This document shows, piece after piece, positions 56,112 through 64,000 of a stretch of DNA of 64,000 nt. The notes below the pieces were generated by a model. The model worked only from the letters and a program-made list of their open reading frames with translations. It searched no databases and was not told the origin of the DNA. The position numbers were made by a program, and so were the translations under genes. Positions within the stretch are counted from its first letter, which is position 1. Each line of letters begins with the position of its first letter. The stretch comes from Candidatus Parcubacteria bacterium (GTDB lineage Bacteria > Patescibacteriota > Patescibacteriia > Patescibacteriales > UBA12075), in contig PKTK01000002.1 of the NCBI GenBank assembly GCA_002869165.1, forward strand, positions 1,235 through 65,234, read 5' to 3'.

Positions 56112-56288
56112 ATGTATAAACAATGTGAAATTTGCGGAAGAAGTTCTACTAAAGGTGCAGCCAGGTCTCATTCTAACGTAAGAACAAATAAACGTCAAAA
56201 TATCAACTTGCAAAGCAAAACCGTAAAAGGTGGCAAAATGCAAGTATGTACAAAGTGTTTAAAAACTGCAAAAAAACTTGCTAACTAA
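56112..56288 (+). CDS. rpmB: 50S ribosomal protein L28
   Basis: My own translation: MYKQCEICGRSSTKGAARSHSNVRTNKRQNINLQSKTVKGGKMQVCTKCLKTAKKLAN (58 aa). Below the ORF-track cut-off. Two terminator hairpins follow (56290-56322, 56333-56364). Confidence 0.85.
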   Translation: MYKQCEICGRSSTKGAARSHSNVRTNKRQNINLQSKTVKGGKMQVCTKCLKTAKKLAN

Positions 56289-56470
56289 AATCCCCTTTCA
56301 AGTTGCAAGGGGACCAGTTTTAAAATCTATCAAATATTCCTTTCTAAAAAGGAATATTTTTTATTTACAAACTCATTAACAAAAAAATAAGTAGAATCAA
56401 AAGCACGCTTAAAATTATCAAGATCTTTAAGAATGTTAAACCTGGTTTTTCAGGATTAATAAACATAAAC

Positions 56471-56857
56471 TTAAACCATCCCTAGTTTCTTTTTAACTAA
56501 TGCAACCACATCTTCAAGTCTCCAATCGGTTTTTACCAAAAAATCAAACACGCCATAGCTAGCAACTTCAGAAACAGAATCAGGGTCACTTAAATTAGTT
56601 AACATAATTATTGGCACTTCTTTGCCCCAGGTGCTACTTTCTCTAATTTTTTTAGTTGCACTAATACCATCTAATTTTGGCATTAAAATATCAAACATCA
56701 AAATATCTGGTTTTTCTTTCAAAGCGATTTTCAAACCTTCTTCACCGTCAGGAGCGTTAAATGTCTCAAAATCACTCTTTTTAAATTTTTCAACCAAGGC
56801 TTCACGCATGGCTGTTTCATCCTCTACAATTAAAATTGTTTTTTTGCCTTCTGACAT
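56471..56857 (-). CDS. stand-alone response-regulator receiver protein
   Basis: TILIVEDE, DILMFDILMPKLDG, PIIMLTN. Confidence 0.85.
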   Translation of the reverse strand: MSEGKKTILIVEDETAMREALVEKFKKSDFETFNAPDGEEGLKIALKEKPDILMFDILMPKLDGISATKKIRESSTWGKEVPIIMLTNLSDPDSVSEVASYGVFDFLVKTDWRLEDVVALVKKKLGMV

Positions 56858-56920
56858 ATTATTTATAATTAAGATATTTTATTATTATAGTAAATGTAAT
56901 CAAAATATCCCTGTTTATTT

Positions 56921-58066
56921 TTATTCTATACTATTTAGTTTTTTTGTGCCAATCTTTCTTTTCATACCTTGCAAAGGAATTGTTATAAAGAAAGTTGTAC
57001 CTTGATTTTGCTTATCTATTGGAACATTAGACTGTTTCTTGGGATCAAGTAAAAGATCAAAGCTGGGTGACTGAAACCATATCCTACCTCCACTTTTTTC
57101 AATAATCGCTTTTGTAATATAAAGACCCAATCCTGTACCAACTGACTCCATTCTCTTTACATTATCTGCTCTAAACATCTTAGTAAAGACATTTGGTTGT
57201 TGTTCTCTTGGTATGCCACAACCATTATCTGATATCTTTATCAATACATCTTTTTCTGTTTTTCTAAGCACTATCTGAACTGTACCACCTTCAGGGGTGT
57301 ACTTGACAGAATTGGAAATAAGATTCTCAAAAAACATTTTGGTTAAGCGCCTATCAAGATTGATCAGTGGAATATCATCATAAAGTCTTTCAATGTGTAG
57401 CTTCTTTTCTTTGATTTCTTCAGTAAATTTTTCCAGAGCTTTATCAGCTCTTTCAGTGATATCAGTTGGCTCAGGTTCAATCGAAAAGGTACCAACATCT
57501 ATTCTTGATACATCCAACAAAGCATTCACCAGATCAATCAATCTTTCGTTACTTTCATAAGCTTCGGTTAAATATTTATGTTGCTCCTCGTTCATTTCAC
57601 CAGCGTCTCCTGCCAAAACAAAATCAATATACCATTTTATGATTGATAACGGTGTCCTCAACTGATGACTAGCCAAAGCAACAAAATCCGTTTTTGCTTG
57701 GGACAGTTCTTTGTGTTTGGATACGTCTTGAGCAATTCCGGTATTTAGACGTGACATAAGTTCATTAACAGCGTGTGCTAGTTGACCAATTTCATCTTTA
57801 GTGCCAGTTTTTAGATTTTCTGAAAAATTACCAGCTGCCATCTCTTCTATCTTAAATACGACATTTGCAAGTCTTTTGGAGAACCACCTACTTATTGTAT
57901 AAGCAAAAATAAAAGCAACTGTTAAAAGTATATAAGCAAGAATAAACAAATATGCCCAATCTATCTCTGTTAAAAACTTTACTAAAAAAATTACTATCAA
58001 AGTAAAAATAAAAAAGACCACCAATATCTTATCAGACAAATTTATACTCCTTGTTTTTATTTTCAT
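56921..58066 (-). CDS. HAMP-domain sensor histidine kinase
   Basis: Two TM segments, HAMP, H-box SHQLRTPLS, DNGCGI, GTGLGL. Confidence 0.88.
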   Translation of the reverse strand: MKIKTRSINLSDKILVVFFIFTLIVIFLVKFLTEIDWAYLFILAYILLTVAFIFAYTISRWFSKRLANVVFKIEEMAAGNFSENLKTGTKDEIGQLAHAVNELMSRLNTGIAQDVSKHKELSQAKTDFVALASHQLRTPLSIIKWYIDFVLAGDAGEMNEEQHKYLTEAYESNERLIDLVNALLDVSRIDVGTFSIEPEPTDITERADKALEKFTEEIKEKKLHIERLYDDIPLINLDRRLTKMFFENLISNSVKYTPEGGTVQIVLRKTEKDVLIKISDNGCGIPREQQPNVFTKMFRADNVKRMESVGTGLGLYITKAIIEKSGGRIWFQSPSFDLLLDPKKQSNVPIDKQNQGTTFFITIPLQGMKRKIGTKKLNSIE

Positions 58067-58344
58067 TTATTAAATATAGCTAATTTTAGGAAAATTTAAC
58101 CTAAAAATTACAAAAAACTTTGGTTTTTTGCCAAGCCATATGTTTATTAATAATATACACTTATTTTACAATAATTTACAATTTTTGTAAAACTTTAGTT
58201 ATCAACAAATAAAAAAAAAAATACATTGACAAATTTAAATAAATATGATATAATTTTAAGTTAAAATTAAAGACTTGAGTTATTTGTATTACTAGTATAT
58301 AATCTCTATTATTAGCAAAAACAAATAACATAACTAAAAAAACA

Positions 58345-60135
58345 ATGAAAAACATTTTTAAAAATCTATTAAAAAACAAAACTTCTAGAAATATCATACT
58401 GCTAGTTTTGATTGTCGGTCTGGTTTTTTCAGGAGTTTCTTTGGCTGTTAAAAATAATGAAAGCCAGGAAGAAAACAAGGAATTTATCAAAACTGTATCT
58501 ACTCAGATTATTAATGGCGATGAAGCGAATAAGAGCCAAATAGAAACTGTTGGTGTAGTTGAAGCCCAATCTAGTATTGATGTAATTTCCACCATTTCAG
58601 GAACTCTTAAAGGTTTGTACTTTAATGTAGGGGATGAAGTTTATCAAAACCAATCTCTTGCTCAATTATACAGTTCAACTGCATTAACAAGTTTAAACAA
58701 TGCTCAAACAAACTTAAATAATATTCAGAGTTCACTTACTACCACTCAAAGAATAACTGACGAATCTATCAGGCAAACAGAGATTGGTGTAGAACAAGCA
58801 AATATTGGCCTAGAAAATGCCAAAAAATCTATCCAAGTTGCTGAACTAGGTCTTAAAACAGCTCAGGATAATTTAAACAATGCTATAAAAATAAAGGAAA
58901 AGTCTTTAAAAGATCAAAAAAATAAAGCTGTAATAAACTTTAATGCATATGTTAATACTATATTTAGTGCCCGTGACCAAGTAGCACTACTTATCAATGC
59001 GAACACCTCTGAATTATTGAGTTCTAATCTTTGAGCAAAAAATCCCGAAACTATTTCTGAAACTAAATCAGCTTATGCTTTAGTTAATAAAAAATATAGC
59101 GAACTAAAAAATATCTCTCCTAGCCTGGAAACAATTGAAAGCAATTTACAAGATAGTGTAGATGGACTTAGTTTAAGTGAAAACATGCTAAACAAAGCTA
59201 TTAATCTTTTAGATAACACTGTAAGTGGTGGATCTTATTATGAATCTACACTTGCTAGTCAAAAAAGTTCTTTTACTCTACTTCGTGCCAATGTAATTAC
59301 GGCATTAAACGGAGCCAAAACAGAACTTGAGGCCTTATCAACTGTTGATCTAGCAAATTCTACAGATATCACAGCCTTAAACAATGCTGTAAGTGCTGCA
59401 GAAGCTCAATTATAAATTGCTATTACAGCCAAAGATAATGCAGAAATTGCTGTTAAAAACGCTAAACAAGCGGTTGAAAGCGCTAAAGTTGCTCAAAGCC
59501 AACAACTCTTAAGCGTAGAAACTCAGGTTGATAGTGCAAGAGGTCAATACAATCTAAGTAGCGCTCAAACTGCTGACTTGAATATCAAGGCTCCAATTAA
59601 AGGTACTATCACTGAAAAATACGTTGAATTAGGTACTGAGGTAAGTATTGGTCAAAAAATTGCACAAATTTCTCAATTAAACAACATGAAAATTGTTGTT
59701 AATGTTTCCAGCGAGGATATTTACAGAATTCAACTAGGCCAAACTGTGATGATTGAAAATAACCTTGAAGGGATTATTTCTTCTATAAATCCTTCCGCTG
59801 ATCCCGTTACCAAAAAAGTAAAGGCTGAAATTATTTTTAATAACGAAAATAAAGAATTGATTCAAGGAACATTTGTAAATGTTTCAATTCCAGTTGAAAA
59901 AATAGAAAAAAGTAAAAGCGACTCAGTTTTCATTCCCTTGCGAGCTGTAACAATTACTGCAAACGAAAAATATGTTTATGTTAATGAGAATGGCTTTGCC
60001 AAAAAAATACTTGTAGAATTTGGGAAAACAGAAAACGCTTTAGTTGAGATCACCAGTGGTCTTACAAGTGGTGATGAATTGATAACTGACGGAGGCAAGC
60101 TACTTGAAGATGGAGATGAGATTATAATTAAATAA
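58345..60135 (+). pseudogene. RND/ABC efflux periplasmic adaptor (HlyD/MFP family) with in-frame TGA (59032-59034) and TAA (59413-59415)
   Basis: The three track ORFs (58345, 59185, 59578) share one frame. N-terminal TM anchor, long coiled-coil hairpin, and C-terminal barrel (IKAPIKGTITEKYVELG ... DGDEIIIK). The sequence stays coiled-coil-like across both stops. Confidence 0.8.
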
Positions 60136-60240
60136 GATTCTAGAGACCCTTGATATCTTTGGGATATTTGAGAATCTGCTTACTTACAGATCTTAATTTC
60201 CCAAAAAACAAGACTCATAATAATCGTACTCAAATATTAT
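60136..60240. repeat. spacer element with family C-like vocabulary between the adaptor and RND genes
   Basis: agagacccttgatatctttgggatatttgagaatc ... cagatcttaatttccc. Confidence 0.4.
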
Positions 60241-63200
60241 ATGAAAACTACTAACCACCCGGGAGATAAAAAACCGGATATACTTTCAAAGGAAGAATAC
60301 TAAAAAAATCTAAACGAAAAATTAGACAAAGGACTAAAGAAGACAGAAAAATCTGTGATTGGTTTTTTTATCCGAAATTTTCGTTTTACATATCTATTAC
60401 TCCTAACCATGATTTTTCTTGGGACATATTCTCTTATGACTCTTCCTAAAGAGTCTGAACCAGAGATCGAAGTTCCTTTTGGTGTGGTGACTACAATATA
60501 TCCAGGAGCAAATCCTACTGATGTTGAAGAACTTATTACCAATAAGATAGAAAAGGAAATAAATAATCTAGACAACTTAAAGATATATACTTCTAGCTCA
60601 GGGGCTGGTTTTTCCTCTATCTTTGTAGAATTTGAAGCTGAAGCTGACTTGCAAGAATCTTTTAGAAAACTAAGAGAAGCTGTTGATAGAGCTGAGCCAG
60701 AACTACCTAGTGATGTTGAAAATCCACAAGTATCTGAAATTAATTTCAATGACTTTCCAATTGTAACCTATTCTTTGGTTGGCGACTATACAGATGTGGA
60801 ATTAAAAGATTACGCGAATATTATCAAAGATGAGCTCGAAACAATATCTGATGTTTCAGAAGTTGATATTTTAGGTGCTCTTGAACAAGAATTTCAAATT
60901 ATTGTAAATGAGAAAAAACTTAATTCATACAAGCTAAATTTATCAAGTCTAAGCCAAGCTATCAGTTCTGCAAATTTTTCCTTACCAGCTGGAGATATTG
61001 ATGTTGATGGCTTTACTTATGGCATTAGAGTAAAAGGGCGTTTTACAAGTATCGAAGATCTTGAATCAATTGTAGTGACATCTCTTGATGGAACTCCTAT
61101 TCTTCTGTCTGATGTAGCACAAATCAGTGATTCATTCAAAGAAAGGAATACAATTTCAAAAATTGGTTTTTCTGATACACCATCAAAAAATACAATTTCT
61201 TTACAAATCAGAAAAAAAACTGGTGGAAATATCTTGAAGATCGTTGACAATGCCAATCAAAAGATTGATGAAATCCAAAATAGTAATTTAATTCCAACTG
61301 ATCTAGAAATCCTAAAAACCAACGATAATTCAATTTTTATCAAAGATGATATTAAAACTCTCGGTACTAGTGGTATTCAAACTGTTATTCTTATTACCTT
61401 GATTCTTCTTATGGTGCTTAGTTTGCAAGGTGCTATCATCACAGCTCTAGCTGTACCATTTGCTTTTCTAACTGCATTTATCTTTTTAAATCTACAAGGC
61501 ATGACCTTAAACTCAATGGTGCTTTTTTCACTAGTACTATCTCTTGGTCTTATGGTTGATAATGCAATTGTAATTATTGAGGGTGTTAATGAATATATAT
61601 CCAAGCACAAAAAGAATTCCTATGAAGCTGCTATGCTTTCAGTGTGGAATTTTAAGTGGGCAATCACCGCTGGAACCTTAACTACAGTATCTGCATTTTT
61701 ACCCATGCTTCTTGTTTCAGGAATCATGGGCCAGTACATTGCTACCCTACCTAAAACTATTACCGTTACTTTACTCTCTAGTTTATTTGTAGCGTTAGTT
61801 ATCATTCCTACTTTAGTAACTAGATTTTTGAAAGTAAAAGTAAATGGAAATGCTAAACATAGAGATAAAAAAAGACATCTATTTATAGAAAATAAAATTT
61901 CAAAGCTACATATTAAATATGAAGCAATACTAAGAAATATTTTGCCATATAAGAAAAAAAGGAGAAGAATCATTGCTATATCATGGATTGTTTTTTTCTT
62001 GGCTGTATCTGTTCCAATAAGTGGTCTTATGAAAATTGAAATGTTTGGTGACATGGACCTTGATTATTTCTATGTAAATATCGAAACTCCTGTAGGGACT
62101 AGTCTAGAAGCTACTGAAAGGATAGTGGCTAGCACAGAAGAAATTGTTAGAAATATTCCCGAACTTGATAACTATGTGTTGAATGTTGGGGCATCTGCTG
62201 CTTCTGGTTTTGCTGGAGATACTGGTGCTACCGCTACTCACCTAGCAGGCGTTACCGTAAATCTAGTTGACCCTAGTGAAAGAGATAGAAAAAGTTATGA
62301 AATTGCGGATTCTCTTCGTGATCAGTTTGCTTCTATTCAAGGAGCTAAATTTTCAGTAACAGAGCTTACTGCTGGACCTCCAACTGGAGATCCAATTGAA
62401 GTTAGAATATCCGGAGATGATTCTAGTACCATTGCAGACATTACCGCTCAAGTTCTTGACTGGATGAATAATAAAGAAGGTGTAATAAATGCGGAAGACA
62501 ATCTAGAAAATTCAGCTGGAGAATTTACTTTTGAAATAAATAAACAAAAAGCCAACTACTACGGGTTAAATACTTTATCAATCGCCTCAGCTCTACGAAG
62601 CGCTAAATATGGAGCTTCGGCTGGAACTGTAAATGTTAATGGTGAAGATGTTGATATTACAGTAAAATACGATGATTCAGAATTCCAAACTATCAACGAC
62701 CTGAATGAAATATTACTTACAACCGCCACTGGAGAAAGTATTCCTTTAAAAGAAGTTGCCTCGGTTACATTAGAACCTGCTCTACTTTCCATTAGCCATA
62801 GAGATGGTGATGAAACAGCCATTGTAAGCGCCGACACTGAAGCTGGCGCAAATTTACAAGACATCTTAGCTGATTTTGATGAATACCAAAGTAAAATAGA
62901 CCTACCAGAAGGTTATTCTATTTCTGTTGGTGGAGAAGTTGAGGACATACAACAATCATTTACATAAATATTCTTATCAATGATTTTATCTGTTGTATTG
63001 ATTGCAGTTATCTTGGTCTTACAGTTTAACTCATTCAAACAACCATTCCTAATTCTATTTACTGTACCGCTTTCGTTTGTCGGTGTAATATTTGGTTTAA
63101 ATTTACTACTTATGCCGTTTTCATTCCTAGCCTTTATTGGTATAGTTTCTTTATCAGGAATTGTAGTAAATGACTCAATCGTATTAGTTGACAGAATAAA

Positions 63201-63456
63201 TAAAAATATCGATAATGGTATGGAATTTATTGACGCAATTGTTGAAGGTGGCATCTCTCGTATGCAACCGATATTCCTAACATCTCTAACAACCATTGCT
63301 GGTATATTTCCATTGATATACGCTAATGAATTTTGGAGAGGTTTTTCTATAACTGTAACCTTTGGTCTAATATTTTCAACATTTCTAATGTTATTTATGA
63401 TTCCAATATATTATGTTAGTATGTGTAGAAAGGACAAGTGCCAAACATTAAAATAA
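60241..63456 (+). pseudogene. RND (AcrB/HAE-type) efflux permease with in-frame TAA at 62965-62967 and possibly at 60301-60303
   Basis: ORFs 60355..62967 and 62980..63456 are in one frame. The protein is colinear across the stop (...[49 protein letters not shown]). The ATG at 60241 is in frame with GTG 60355, so the 5' end is uncertain. Confidence 0.8.
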
Positions 63457-63469
63457 TAAGGAGGAAAAA

Positions 63470-63799
63470 TTGGAAAAATGTACTGAAGGGAAAATATTAA
63501 ATATTTCCCGAATACCTGTTGACGCCGAATTATATACCATAGTTACTATCGTAAAAGAAGAGTTAAATAAGTTTATAATTCCCACCGACATAAGGCATAT
63601 CAATAGATTCAACTTAAAAATAGGTGATGAGATCAGTATAAAGTTCAACACCGAAGTCTTTTTGAACATTTTACGTTGTGAAAAACATACAATAAAGGAA
63701 CTCGCCACCTATGGAAAAGATGGGTACGAGCCACACGTTGATTTTACAAGTGAGCAGGAAAAGTATTACTACATTCATTTCCTGCATAAAAAAAACTAA
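63470..63799 (+). CDS. hypothetical protein
   Basis: TTG start 5 nt after AAGGAGG; 109 aa; terminator at 63805-63850. Confidence 0.5.
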   Translation: MEKCTEGKILNISRIPVDAELYTIVTIVKEELNKFIIPTDIRHINRFNLKIGDEISIKFNTEVFLNILRCEKHTIKELATYGKDGYEPHVDFTSEQEKYYYIHFLHKKN

Positions 63800-63852
63800 A
63801 ACTAAACCCGCTAGTTTTCCAATCAGAATCCTAGCGGGTTCTTTTTATTTTA

Positions 63853-63898
63853 AAAATGGGTATTAATAGGGTATTAATACCCTATTAATACCCATTTT
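63853..63898. repeat. perfect 46-bp palindrome (GGGTATTAATA x2 and its complement)
   Basis: aaaatgggtattaatagggtattaataccctattaatacccatttt equals its own reverse complement. Confidence 0.85.
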
Positions 63899-63929
63899 GA
63901 ATGTTTTAATTTATTTGTTTCTTGTATCC

Positions 63930-64000
63930 TTGTCACTTTCGTGCCACTCCCCGTGTCATTCTGCCTGCCCCGTCTATTCGCGGGAAACGAAGTTAAAAAA
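63930..64000. repeat. GC-rich TGTCAC/TGTCAT repeat-like sequence at the window edge
   Basis: ttgtcactttcgtgcc...gtgtcattctgcctgccccgtctattcgcgggaaacgaag resembles the MITE termini. Truncated by the window end. Confidence 0.35.

Noticed and set aside
58176-58490. ORF 58176..58490 (-) in the divergent promoter region
   Set aside because: It overlaps the start of the adaptor gene and AT-rich promoter DNA, with no SD and a low-complexity product.
59032-59034. The in-frame TGA as evidence for genetic code 25 (UGA=Gly, Gracilibacteria/SR1) or code 4 (UGA=Trp)
   Set aside because: TGA is used as an ordinary terminator in this window. It ends the rSAM gene in an ATGA overlap with the next start (12256-12259). 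It also ends ORF 16362..16760 inside its terminator hairpin. Only one internal TGA is seen in about 60 kb of coding sequence, whereas a reassigned codon would appear many times.
60300-63708. Minus-strand ORFs antisense to the RND gene (60300..60749, 61620..62054, 62913..63296, 63448..63708 and others)
   Set aside because: All lie antisense to a strongly supported RND permease and have Ser/Ile-rich compositions typical of antisense translation of AT-rich genes.

Overview
The window is AT-rich and gene-dense, and almost everything is transcribed on the minus strand. About a third of it (35.9-54.9 kb) is one contiguous str-S10-spc ribosomal super-operon: rpsL-rpsG-fusA-tuf-rpsJ-rplCDWB-rpsS-rplV-rpsC-rplP-rpmC-rpsQ-rplNXE-rpsN-rpsH-rplFR-rpsE-rplO-secY. 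The rest holds housekeeping genes (uvrB, uvrC, tyrS, glyQS, aspS, recO, ruvX, map, ndk, rpmB), two-component signalling genes, an ABC exporter, a MFP/RND efflux pair and many small orphan ORFs. Several traits fit a reduced Patescibacteria/CPR-type genome (inference, no search run). There is no rpmD (L30) between rpsE and rplO. S5, L22, L23, L3 and S10 carry Lys/Ala/Glu-rich tails. UvrB and UvrC are shortened. Five things stand out. (1) A RiPP-like cassette at 9.7-13.9 kb: own promoter, 35-aa peptide gene, leaky terminator, a radical SAM/SPASM maturase with an RRE-like (RiPP recognition element) N-terminus, a translationally coupled GT1 glycosyltransferase and a neighbouring methyltransferase. 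(2) In-frame nonsense codons with no frameshifts in fusA (TAA) and in the MFP/RND efflux genes (one TGA, two or three TAA). (3) Families of 100-160 bp hairpin-forming repeat elements fill nearly every intergenic spacer of the ribosomal operon. (4) A GC-rich TTGTCAT...ATGACAA MITE-like family, twice inserted between a T-box terminator and an aaRS start codon. (5) GC-rich repeat units inserted in frame into uvrC and rplC. I found no rRNA, convincing tRNA, CRISPR array, transposase or integrase.
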